Assembly (NCBI RefSeq): GCF_001194135.2
Contig: NC_068997.1
Coordinates: forward strand, 48,396,218 to 48,429,219
Direction of reading: 5' to 3'
Source: Octopus bimaculoides
Taxonomy: Eukaryota
Length of the DNA stretch: 33,002 bases
The stretch's first letter is position 1; each line of letters starts with the position of its first letter. A program made the translations under genes and the position numbers. The notes beneath the pieces are model-generated. The model was given only the letters and a program-made list of their open reading frames with translations. It was not told the origin of the DNA and did no database searches. Below, piece after piece: positions 10,530 to 21,467 of the stretch.

Positions 10530-11480
10530 TGGTAGTGTGTCGAAATAGACTTTCAGAGGTGGTTGTCTCATGGTTCTGGGGTTCAAATACTCATTAAGTC
10601 GATAGTTTGCTTTTTATCATCCCCGGAGTTGATTAAAACAGAGAAATCAATAGAAGAAAAAAGTCGATTAATCGATTATATTTCCTCTTTCGTCTCATCA
10701 ATGTTAGGTTTGTTATTAGTGACATTTTTATAAGAGCGTGTATTAGCAGAATCGGTAGATTGTCATACGAAATGCTTTGTGGTATTTAATTACGTCTCTT
10801 AATGTTGTGTGTTCAAATCTCGCTTAAGTCAACTTTTCATTTCATTATTCTGGGGTCAAATAAAGTAGAAGTCACACTCGAAGGTTCACATAATCCACTA
10901 TACTGCACTCCACTCTTAAATATTGGAATCATTCTGCCGATATCGGTAAATTCACTGAGTTGTTAAATCATTGGATTGAAAGTTACGCGGTATTTGTTCC
11001 AGATCACTGCCCTCTGAGTTCAAATTCTTCCGAGGTCAGCTTTGACTTTCACAATTTCGGGACCTGCAAAAACGCATCGATCCAAGTTGGCGGATTGGTG
11101 AAATCGTAAGAACATTGGGTTCCTAACCTTGTGGTATTAGGTCCCTCTCTCGGCGCTCTGGGCTCAAATTCTGTCGAGGCCATCTTTACATTTTATCCTT
11201 TCGTGGTCATTAAAAAGAACCAAATCCGAGGCGGTGAATTGGTGGAACTGTTAGAGAGTCAAGCGAGATGACTTTCGATATTTGTTTCCACTCTCGATGC
11301 TCTGAGTTCAAATTTCAGCGAGGTCAACTTTGTTTTTCATCCTTCCGGGGCCGATAAAACTGCATCAGTCCAGGGTGATAGATTGGCGGAAATGTAAAAA
11401 CATTGTATTAGAAGTGGTGTCTGTTTTCACCCTCAACAAATTCAGCGAGGGTCAACTTTGTCTTTCATATTTTCGGGGTC
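10530..11480 (+). mobile_element. About six degenerate, 3'-truncated family A units in head-to-tail array
   Basis: Repeated (G/T)TTCAAAT(T)C...GAGGTCA(A/G)CTTT...TTTCA..TTTCGGGG motifs. Units start near 10530, 10735, 10935, 11085, 11229 and 11380. Confidence 0.7.
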
Positions 11481-11752
11481 ATGCCCTTTCATCTTTTTTT
11501 GCCAATCCATTTTGGAACCAGTGGATGGACAGAACGAGTCGGGAGAGATGCCCCGTGGTATATGTTATGGCTGTTTACATTCCCACAGCAACGTATGCAA
11601 CAACACTAGTGCCAAGCTGGATCAGCCCATGTTGACACCTTTCCTTCAGAAAAACATCCTTNNNNNNNNNNNNNNNNNNNNNNNNNNNNNNNNNNNNNNN
11701 NNNNNNNNNNNNNNNNNNNNNNNNNNNNNNNNNNNNNNNNNNNNNNNNNNNN

Positions 11753-11854
11753 TACTCAACTGGTACTTATTTCATCGACCTCGAAAGGATGAAAGCAAAG
11801 TCGACCTCAGTGGCATTTTGTCCGGCGTGGTAACGATTCTGCCAGCTTACCGCC
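11753..11854 (-). mobile_element. SINE family A, internally deleted, starting at a gap edge
   Basis: TGGTACTTATTTCATCGACCTCGAAAGGATGAAAGCAAAGTCGACCTC is joined directly to the head sequence GGCATTTTGTCCGGCGTGGTAACGATTCTGCCAGCTTACCGCC. Confidence 0.85.
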
Positions 11855-11890
11855 TTTTTCCTTTGCATAAACAGATATACATACCTACAT

Positions 11891-11949
<59 letters not shown>

Positions 11950-12019
11950 TACACACACACACGCACACGTACACGCATACTCTCTCTCTCTCTCACACAC
12001 ACACATATTTATGTGGAGA

Positions 12020-12390
12020 TGAATGGTCACCGTGGCTTGACGATGGCCTCCGAATCTGATTATAACAGATTAATGCTATTGTTTAGCCTCAGGTCAGCCG
12101 TTGCACCCATCTTCAGGCATAGTGTATCTAGGACTACATTCCCAAATATAACCCTCCAGTTTTTTTAAGACACAGATATGGTTCAAGAGAGATATATTAT
12201 CTCTTGTTGTTGAGCCCCATCTCAGATTTGAGTCATGAGCTTATGGCCAAAGACCTTCCAGCGTAACCATCTCGATATTTTTCAATGTCTCAAAGACGTT
12301 ATTGTTGTTGTTGTCGTTTTATAACCTCGAGTATTCATCCGTGGCCATCCTGTCTTTTTTAAGGAGAAGCAGAATTATATTATCCAAACC
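12020..12390 (-). mobile_element. Several partial family E copies
   Basis: TTTAGCCTCAGGTCAGCC, CCTTCCAGCGTAACCATC and CCGTGGCCATCCTGTCTTTTTT resemble segments of 8360-8860. Confidence 0.5.
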
Positions 12391-12444
12391 CTACTTTCTT
12401 ATTTATGTTAATGGAGGCGTCCGCAACTTCCTGGAGTAACTTAG

Positions 12445-12720
12445 ATCTCTTATGAACCCCAGGAGTCATAAGGCCGGACTTTAACCCGGTTTCGAGAGGT
12501 TATGAATCACAGATGCAACAATACTACCCATGGACAGGACGCCAGTCTATTACAGGATTAACTTCCCTGCTATTGCTAGACCTCATTTACCACTGAATGG
12601 TTTAGAGCAACGTGAAGTGAAGAGTTTTGCTCAAGAAACTTAATGCACCGCCCGAGCCAGGAATCGAAACCACGACTTTATAGTCGCGAATGTAACATCC
12701 TAACCATTAGGCCACGCGTC
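12445..12720 (-). mobile_element. SINE family D (tRNA-like head plus V-domain-like central segment)
   Basis: The minus strand begins GACGCGTGGCCTAATGGTTAGGATGTTAC...GTGGTTTCGATTCCTGG (A and B boxes). It contains TGTAATAGACTGGCGTCCTGTCCATGGG, which resembles the V-SINE domain as I recall it. Confidence 0.75.
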
Positions 12721-12817
12721 TAGAGTACAATGTAAAAAAACAGAAACCTTCTCCTGACACATAAAATGAAATAAATATATAAATATTTATGGTGCTTGCC
12801 ATTATTGAAAATAAAGG

Positions 12818-13036
12818 TTGCCATGATCCAACGAGGGTGCTATTATGTGTCCACACGATATGCTAGAAATAGCAGTTAACTTATTTATCTTTATAAAAAA
12901 GGGAAGGACACCATTTAATAATGTAATCTTGGTTAGTTACAGTTACGTTATATAAAATTAGACGAAATGGTCATGGCTGGAACGTCTTTCATAGATCTAT
13001 TAGATCTAGTTTTACCTGGAACTAAACAGCAACAAC
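12818..13036 (+). mobile_element. Family E copy, with an (AAC)-type tail at its right end
   Basis: ATGCTAGAAATAGCAG...ATGGTCATGGCTGGAACGTC...CCTGGAACTAAACAGCAACAAC; the reverse complement of the 8360-8860 units. Confidence 0.65.
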
Positions 13037-13484
13037 GACATAAGTGGTAACTGAGCAGAGCCTTCGACCTGGTTTCGATCTTTAGCTGAAAACAAACAAC
13101 ATATTGTAACCTCTCAATAGGAAAGGCATGAACATCACACTATTTTTAAGCAGTATGTTTATTTAAGATACAATTATCGATGGATTTGTGTAAATGAAAG
13201 AGAAAAACTGTAGCAAATACCACCGTTGCTATTATGCATCTATTTCACAAATTGTGCATATACTGCATTAATTAACCCCGACTGAACTGACATTAAAGGG
13301 TCTCTCGTGTGGTTTAATCCTGAAATATATCAATAACTGTTATGGAAGTGCACTCATTATCTAACATGCACGTACAAACAAGTAACGCACTCATGAAGCA
13401 CACGTTTCGTCACACATGTACACCCATATTGGTGCAAATTAATATTTATACACGCACAAGCGCATTAAAGTATGCATACTGAAA

Positions 13485-13856
13485 TATTCTTTTACTTGTT
13501 TCAGTCATTTAACTGCGGCCATGCTGGAGTACCGCCGTTAGTCGAACAAATCGACCCCAGGACTTATTCTTTGTAAGCCTAGTACTTATTCTATCGTACT
13601 CTTTTACCGAACTGCTAAGTTACATGGACATAGACACACCAGCATCGGTTGTCTAGCGATGTTGGTGGGAGGGGTGTGTGTGACAAACACAGACACACAA
13701 ACATATACACATACATAAATACATATATACGACGGGCTTCTTTTCAGTTTCCATCTGCCAAATCCACTCACAAGGCCTTGGTCGGCCCGACCAAGGCCCG
13801 AGGCTATAGGAGAAGACACTTGCCCATGCAGTGAGACTGAACCCAGAACCATGTGG
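13485..13856 (-). mobile_element. SINE family B (tRNA head, CORE-like domain, internal microsatellite), nearly full length
   Basis: Reverse complement of 23386-23752 over about 370 bp, lacking the extreme 5' end. Confidence 0.92.
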
Positions 13857-14299
13857 AAATAATTTATTCTCAAATGCAGAATAACATATATACCAACACA
13901 TATAGTTGTCTTCTACATTCTGTCTGTCAAATTTCTATCATAAAGCTCAAGCGTTCAGTGGCTCATAATTTTGCATCATCAGCCTGACGTGGGTCTAAAC
14001 AATAATAACCTGGGGCTGAACCAGCAGCAGCAGCAGAAGCAGCAGCACAAATAACAGCAAAAACAAAAGCATATTTGCCGTTGTAACCGGTGACAGTAGT
14101 GACTTTCTCGGGTCTTTTGTTACAGTGACGTTCCCATTTCAAATCCTCATAATAGACGGGCGAATACTTCGTAGTTGACGCGCCCCAAAGTTCAGATGCT
14201 ATCTATGTTAAGTTGTATAGCTATGATTCAGAACGTTGGCCTTAGCTAATCGATATTTGTTGGCCCGACATCAGTATCGATCGATCAATATTCTTATAG

Positions 14300-14500
14300 T
14301 CAGATAGACAGACAGACGACAGACAGATAAAGATAAATAGAGAGATAGTTAGATAGATAGATAGGTGGATAGAGTGATAAATGGATGGCTAGATAAATAC
14401 ATAAACAGAGAGACAGATAGTTGGATAGATAAATAAACAGATAGATCGATTGATAGACAAATAGATGGATAGATAGAAAGATAGATGTATGGACAAACAG
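14300..14500. repeat. Degenerate (AGAT/AGAC/GGAT)n microsatellite
   Basis: Interrupted tetranucleotide run. Confidence 0.85.
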
Positions 14501-14784
14501 ATCAGGAATTTAATCTTCTTGCGACCCCTGAGACCAACTCTCCCTTTCTGAATCTATAAATGTCAAAGATCTCAATAAATTGATATATGTGTGCGTGTGT
14601 GTGTGTGTGTACGCATACAAACACACACACACACACACACACACATATATGTATATAAGGTGTGTGTGTGTGTTTGTACGTGTTTGTGTGAGTGTGCATG
14701 CGCATGCGTGTGTGTGTGTGGATTTCGTCCACGTTTTTCATGTGAGGAAAGAAAAAAAAAGAGTTGGTAAGTTTCCTTACTGAC

Positions 14785-14849
14785 CGTTTCACAGTGTGTT
14801 GACCGTTCCTCCGAGAAGCAGTACCCAGTGAACAGCACAATATATTCAC
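14785..14849 (-). CDS. Candidate internal exon (G)EYIVLFTGYCFSEERSTHCET
   Basis: TATATAAG acceptor, 65 nt open (phase 1 to phase 0), G|GTCAGT donor, in non-repetitive sequence. No homology recognised. Confidence 0.25.
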
Positions 14850-15014
14850 CTTATATACAAAGCGGAAGTGCATGCAAACATCTCTCTCTCTCTCTCTCTC
14901 TTTATCTATCTATCTATCTTTCTGTTGTGCGGTACCGCCGAAAAGTTAAATATTCACTGCGTAGTTATGAAGTTTTGGTATGGTGGTACTTGTGGCAGGT
15001 ATTTTATTCCGTAC

Positions 15015-15072
15015 CATCAGTTTGACCTAAGCCACCAGAGTGAAACTGGGTGGATGGAATCTGAACAGTAGC
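15015..15072 (-). CDS. Candidate internal exon ATVQIPSTQFHSGGLGQTD(G)
   Basis: TCCTCCTTGCCAG acceptor, 58 nt, G|GTACGG donor. Phase is compatible with 14785-14849. No homology recognised. Confidence 0.2.
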
Positions 15073-15285
15073 CTGGCAAGGAGGATTGTAATTGTAAATC
15101 AAACGTCCAGTTTTGTCACATGGTGTTTCACAGTGATTTTATCTGAGTACCTGAGAATTAATTACACGTGTCTGAGGAACACTCGGCCACTCATATATTG
15201 TAATTCAATGAAATGTAGTTCACCTGATCGATCACTTGAACAGTCATCGTTGATAGTTGACAGAGATCTATTTAGGGTTAATATC

Positions 15286-15369
<84 letters not shown>

Positions 15370-15516
15370 CTATCTGTACATGTAGTAGGTAATACAGATA
15401 TGAACATACACACACACACACACACACACATACATACGTCTGTCTATATGTGTAGATGTGTACACGAGAATATGTGTCCTTGTATGTGCGTGTATAATCT
15501 TGTGTACGTAGAAACG

Positions 15517-15552
<36 letters not shown>

Positions 15553-15675
15553 CGTGTGTGTGTGTGTATGTATTTATATACATACGTCTATATGCTTGTG
15601 TGTATATATATGTATACATATCCCCCCATATATATATCTATATCTAACTATCTATCTATCTATCTACCTATCTAC

Positions 15676-15707
<32 letters not shown>

Positions 15708-15845
15708 ATATGTATATATATATATGCATGTGTATATACATACATGCGTACATACATATATGCATATATATATATGTGTGTATATATATATATGTATTCC
15801 ATAATCCTATAGACATTTGAAATTTAAACATTATCTACGTTTTCG

Positions 15846-16013
<168 letters not shown>

Positions 16014-16374
16014 AGCTGCTGCTTGTGTTGCTATACGTGTCACACATATAAGTCACTAAGTCACTGTGCATATGCAGACACAGATAAGACTATATATATA
16101 TATATATATGTATGTATATATATCTTAGACAATCCTGAATACATATAAATGCATGCCTATGCGATACATGCGTACACCAAGCGTACTGCAACACATACAT
16201 AAATATAATGATTGCACATATATACATATACATCTATATCCGTCTATATACTCACACGCACTCACACACCCAGACACAAAAAAACAGACTCGTATATATG
16301 TTTACCTGAAAGCATACATACATGGAAATATATAAACATACATTTTATGCTTACGGCGCACGTGTATGTGTGAG

Positions 16375-16405
<31 letters not shown>

Positions 16406-16552
16406 TACGCTCAAACTCCCGTGTGCATGTACTGTATGTGTACACCCCCCCCCCCCCACACACACATATACATATGCATGCACATATCTACATGCATTAC
16501 GTATACAGAAATATATAAATAAATAAGTATATCTATGAATAATATGTGTGTG

Positions 16553-16589
<37 letters not shown>

Positions 16590-16985
16590 TAATATATTTA
16601 TATTATATATTATATATATATAATATTATATATATATGTGTGTGTGTGTGTATGCGTAAGTAAAGACACACATATCACACGCACCTACACTCATATTACC
16701 TGTGTGTACGTGCGTGTGTGCGAATGCGCGCTGCGCTGGCGCACATGCGCGTGTTTTGCCAATAAACATTTCAATCCCTTATCTCTGATTTTCTATAGCT
16801 AAGCTTGATACCGAACGAAATGAAAATCACACCCTCACATAGACACATATATACATACACACGCATGCAGGTACACAAACGCGAACACAAACACATACTC
16901 ATACAAATGTATGTACAACGATAAACACATCTACAAGTATGCATGTGTGCGTGCGTGTGTGTGTCGATGTGTGTGTATGAGTGTG

Positions 16986-17030
<45 letters not shown>

Positions 17031-17337
17031 NNNNNNNNNNNNNNNNNNNNNNNNNNNNNNNNNNNNNNNNNNNNNNNNNNNNNNNNNNNNNNNNNNNNNN
17101 NNNNNNNNNNNNNNNNNNNNNNNNNNNNNNNNNNNNNNNNNNNNNNNNNNNNNNNNNNNNNNNNNNNNNNNNNNNNNNNNNNNNNNNNNNNNNNNNNNNN
17201 NNNNNNNNNNNNNNNNNNNNNNNNNNNNNNNNNNNNNNNNNNNNNNNNNNNNNNNNNNNNNNNNNNNNNNNNNNNNNNNNNNNNNNNNNNNNNNNNNNNN
17301 NNNNNNNNNNATATATATATATATATATATATACACA

Positions 17338-17478
17338 CACTGGCACTGGAACTCCGTCGCTTACGACGTCGAGGGTTCCAGTTGATGCGATCAACGGAAC
17401 AGCTTGCTAGTGAAATTAACGTGCAAGTGGCTGAGCACTCCACAGACACGTGTACCCCTTAACGTAGTTCCCAGGGAC
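17338..17478 (-). mobile_element. SINE family C, 3' portion
   Basis: ACGACGTCGAGGGTTCCAGTTGATGCGATCAACGGAACAGC...GTGCAAGTGGCTGAGCACTCCACAGACACGTGTACCC is nearly identical to 32101-32205. Confidence 0.9.
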
Positions 17479-17479
17479 C

Positions 17480-18860
17480 TTTTTGGAGCAGATGTTGTCG
17501 CTTTTAACCCTTAGCGCTTCCAATCTGACGAAATGGGAAGTAGTTCAAGCCTGAGTGTCCTATCGCCACAGTCCCAACCAGAGACCTCTGCCACCTGCAT
17601 CACCCGGCATCACTCCACTTCCTACCTGGGAAAACTTCAATGCCAATTCCTGCTACCTTGTGTCATTGGAATCTCCGTATTTTATGGCCCCTCTTGTTCT
17701 TGACGCTATGAACTGCCCTGAGAGGCCACTGAATAGGAGTCATTGACTCGTACAGAGCGTTACTGTGTAGGCTCCTTTGTAAGCCAAGCCACCTCCACAA
17801 AATACCTGCTAAACTTCCACCCCAAGGTTTCCCAAGTTTACATGTTGATATCGTATAATGTCAGGAGCCACGAAATGCTGGTCAGGATGGCATGCTTGTA
17901 CACCCAGATTTTGAAGCGACTGTGAGATCCAGATGCGTCAACTTTAATAGGTCAGTTCTGAGGGTTTTACTGGTTCTGCGTATAGAAACCGTGTCCCTCA
18001 GGCTATTGTCAAAGAGTTTTCCCAAGCGTTTGAGTGGTTGTTCTAATGGCAGTGCCAGACAAGATGAAGCAAATCTTTTCCCCTTCTCTCCCCTTTAACA
18101 CAAGAGTCTTCAATTTTGATGATTTGAAGCTCATCATTGTCTATGAAATAATCTTCTCGAGTCCTGTCGATGCTACAATCAGGTCGTTCACGAAGGCATT
18201 TAACTGTAGCCATTGCACTCAGATTTCATATGGGGTCCTTAGCACTCTTACACTGCTGACCTGACTACCATCTTCTTGGCGAGAGCGGAAAGGGTTACCG
18301 AGATGGCCCAGCAAGTTATAATATCCTTTTCCAATCCGTGTTACTTGGATGTTGTAGTACCAGAGGTAACGCCCATCTGGGTGATGCGATAGTAACCCAA
18401 AATGAAGTGGGTGATCTTCCTGAGGATGTGGTGCCTTTGAAGAACCTCTTCTACCAGCTTATGTGGAATAGACCCATAGACATTTGCAAGGTCCAACGAC
18501 AGAACCACCAGATCTCCTTTATCTCTTTTCGTTTGCCTTCAGAACTGCATGACCACCCCCATATGCTCTAGGCAGACACGTGTTCCAGCTCTCCTACCTT
18601 TATGTACTGATGTATCTATATATTTGTTCTGTAAGAAAAAGCTTGTGAGGCGACGGGCCAAGATACTGAAAAATATCTTATCTTCAGTGCTGAGTAGCGA
18701 GATAGTCCTGACCTGGCTGATTCACTTCGAAATTTTCTCTGCTTTTAAGTGCGGATGCTTTAAATTCTATTCTTCATCTTACAGACTTATGGCAGTACAA
18801 CCTCCGTTTATTATAGTAAATATGTCTGGTAAATGCCTTTGGGCGCGCTATCGTCTTCAA
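17480..18860 (-). mobile_element. Decayed non-LTR retrotransposon reverse transcriptase, Hero-like (R2/NeSL group, RLE-type)
   Basis: Minus-strand peptides are broken by stops and frameshifts: RTISLLSTEDKIFFSIL; CLEHMGVV; RDKGDLVVLSLDLANVYGSIPHKLVEEVLQRHHI; GLEKDIIT; AFVNDL (catalytic FMDDL equivalent); RLGKLFDNSLRD; RFKIWVYKHAIL; LWRWLGLQRSLHSNALY. The clade assignment is from recalled motifs. Confidence 0.88.
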
Positions 18861-19114
18861 TAACAAGTCATATAACCAAAGAGACTATTGCTACATATGG
18901 ATATTTGAATAGTTGCCGACTACTTTTAACTAGTACTATAAGTATTATAATGATTGATGTTGGCAAAACATTATATCAGATTAATTTAATTAGATCAATT
19001 AAAAATTTAAATAATTACTTGCCAATTACCAAACCAAGGCCGTATTTCTGTTAAAGGTGACGAATTATGGTATATAACTGAATATGGTAAACTGATCATG
19101 TAAATCATTTTTAA

Positions 19115-19215
19115 TTGTGTCTTTGTAAATCGCTTAAATACACTTGCATTTGTAATACACAGCTGTCTATGTAATACATAAGTTTCTAATTGGCTGGTGT
19201 CTCTATAATCGTGTA
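19115..19215. repeat. Degenerate 19-bp minisatellite monomers (left part of an interrupted array)
   Basis: TTTGTAATACACAGCTGTC (19149) and TATGTAATACATAAGTTTC (19168) match the TGTGTAATACATTGGTGTC monomer. Confidence 0.6.
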
Positions 19216-19239
19216 TAACTGGCAACATATAATCTAGTC

Positions 19240-19495
19240 CAACCTGTTGCATGGTCGGGTCATCGGCGACTAAACCGGCACCCACACTAGACTTGCCTAG
19301 TGAGAAGGGTTGCTATTAACCCAAGAGGACCTGTCAAAACAAGACCTGTCAAAACAAGACCTGTCAAATAGATGGATTAGCATTGCGTAGGTTCAACGAT
19401 TATCTAGCAACAGCAAGAGCCCTCAGAAATTCCGGGTTGGTGTCCGGCGTGCTGCAACACAACTGGCAGTGAGGCGCCCCTTAGCTTCTGTTAAA
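19240..19495 (+). mobile_element. GC-richer insert, possibly a non-LTR retrotransposon 5' UTR, with a 15-bp tandem triplet
   Basis: Composition shifts inside the minisatellite, and GACCTGTCAAAACAA is repeated about 2.7 times at 19328-19368. Identity and strand are uncertain. Confidence 0.35.
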
Positions 19496-19504
19496 GCATG
19501 TCTC

Positions 19505-19890
19505 TGTGTAATACATTGGTGTCTGTGAAATACATTGATGTCCATTTTATACACTGGTGGCTGTAATACATCAATTCATGTGTAATACATTGGTGTCTGT
19601 GAAATACATTGATGTCCATTTTATACACTGGTGGCTGTAATACATCACTTCTTGTGTAATACATTGGTGTCTGTGAAATACATTGATGTCCATTTTATAC
19701 ACTGGTGGCTGTAATACATCAATGCTTGTGTAATACATTGGTCTCTGTGTAATACACTGCTATTTGTGTAATTCATTAATGCTTGTACAATACACTGTTG
19801 TTCGTGTAATATACTAGTGTCTGTGTAATACACCGATAGCTGTGCAAAATTGTAATGACTAATTAATAGTACTCGTGCATGTGTAATACG
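19505..19890. repeat. 19-bp minisatellite with a 74-bp higher-order repeat
   Basis: Units start at 19505, 19579 and 19653 (19+19+19+17 bp) with the first 69 bp identical. Diverged 19-bp monomers follow from 19727. Confidence 0.95.
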
Positions 19891-20601
19891 CTCTACTGAC
19901 CCACCTGCGGATGTAATGGGTCAAAATTACCCTCTTTACCCTATTTTCCGGCTTAAATTCAATTTTTTAAGACCAAATTTTACAGCCAATAAAAGTAAGT
20001 CGATTTATACATCAAGACGCTTTTAGAAGACCAAACCTTCCATGTGAAATGCAGTAAGATTTGGAAATATCGAGAGGATGCTTGAATGATTTTACATTGC
20101 ATGTTTGCACAATAATATGTTACGTCAACATGTTTGCTGGGAAGCACGGTATCTAGGAAACATCATTACTAATATAGAAGGAAACGAGTCTAATTGCTAT
20201 TAAAGAAAAACCCAACTTTTTCGACTTTTTCATTAGACATTTCTGGTTTGTTGAAAATATTAACGTTGCTATGTCTATTAACATTTCAGGATATTCTCGA
20301 TCTCATCTTCCGAATGAAGAGAGGAAAAAAAGCATGTTGTTGTCACATTTTGTTGTAAGCAGCAGATTATCACGGGAATCATGCCACTAACAAAAGTGTC
20401 AACGCCAGATTTAAAGTCGTTTAACGATCGAAAATTTGGTTACTTTCGCACTAAATGCGGGTACGACGCTTCACTATCAGCAGAAGTTGAAGCTAAGATG
20501 ATCTGGAAATGTTAATGGATTTAGAAACGTATGTTTCTACATTCATTCATTCATTCATTCATTCATTCATTCATTCATACATACATACATACATACATAC
20601 A

Positions 20602-20809
20602 TACAAGGCGGTGCTGAAAAGTTCCTGGGTATCGCGAAAGGCCTGGTTGGAAGCCCAACTTTCCGAGTTCTTTTACAAGGCTTCGAAAAACTGAAGGACC
20701 ACTGCAATAAGTGTGTGGATCTGAGAGGGAAATATGTTGGATCAAAATTAACTGATTCTCCTGTATTTTCTTTTACCCAAAGGCAGGGACTTTTCAGCAC
20801 TCTCTCGTA
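20602..20809 (+). mobile_element. Mariner-derived internally deleted element (MITE-like) with both TIRs and TA target duplication
   Basis: The left end is TACAAGGCGGTGCTGAAAAGTTCCTGG. The right end, reverse-complemented, is TACGAGAGAGTGCTGAAAAGTCCCTGC. The interior encodes AWLEAQLSEFFY / FEKLKDHCNKCVDLRGKYV, a mariner transposase C-terminus. It sits in a (TACA)n tract. Confidence 0.88.
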
Positions 20810-21001
20810 CATACATACATACATACACGCACACACGTCTGTAAAGTTTTCTAGGATAGTTGAAGGCTGAGAATTTCGAGTATTACGGTTATGAAACCCA
20901 TGTCTAGAACGTGCAAGACATCATATTCGACCTCTCTGTCACCTATCTAATTTTACAGGGAAATTATATTAGAAAAGCTATAACGTTCTTGCTTACTTCT
21001 G

Positions 21002-21358
21002 TTGTTCATAGCAGTGGTTGGAAGTAAAGTGTGTAGAGTGTGGTCGTCTCAAAAAGAAGAACGGGTTTCAGCTGGTTGTGTTCTCCTTGATTGTGTCGAT
21101 GAAAGCGAAAGCTTTTTGAAAACTGTCATAGCAGGTGAAGAATCGTGGCTCTATAGCAATAGCTTTGAAACCGAGGCAAAAATGAAATCCCACTTGAAAG
21201 GAATAAGATTTCAAGACATCGAAGAAATCCAAGAGAATGTGAGGAGGCAGCTGCCCGCTATCTCAAGTGAAGGGGTTCCAGGAAGGTTTCCATCAATAGA
21301 AAAACTTCACTGGATAAAGTGTGTGACTTGCAAAGGGAACTATTTCGAAGGAGATTAA
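21002..21358 (+). pseudogene. Mariner transposase remnant with a large internal deletion
   Basis: FLKTVIAGEESWLY (first catalytic TGDESW motif, mutated) is fused to HLKGIRFQDIEEIQENV...WIKCVTCKGNYFEGD* (mariner C-terminus). Most of the catalytic core is absent. Confidence 0.88.
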
Positions 21359-21430
21359 ATGCCGAATCGATATGCATTAGAGTTCTCTTTTAATTAAACC
21401 ATTTCCCATATCTTTTTTATCAAACCTCGT

Positions 21431-21467
<37 letters not shown>

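Noticed and set aside
11330-12168. ORFs 11330-11635 and 11458-12168
   Set aside because: They are mosaics of SINE sequence, a gap and microsatellites. The unique part at 11490-11640 gives no recognisable peptide or clear splice pair.
19505-19890. Possible CRISPR-like array
   Set aside because: The units are contiguous with no unique spacers, the context is eukaryotic, and there are no cas genes.
19890-20100. Possible DNA-transposon end (CCCACCTGCGGATGTAATGGGTCAAAATTACCC)
   Set aside because: It resembles a terminal or subterminal repeat, but I found no partner inverted repeat or target duplication in the window.
20290-20372. Plus-strand acceptor ATTAACATTTCAG with a GTAAGC donor, (G)YSRSHLPNEERKKSMLLSHFV
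   Set aside because: Two frames are equally open, there is no homology, and it lies among transposon debris. It is indistinguishable from chance.
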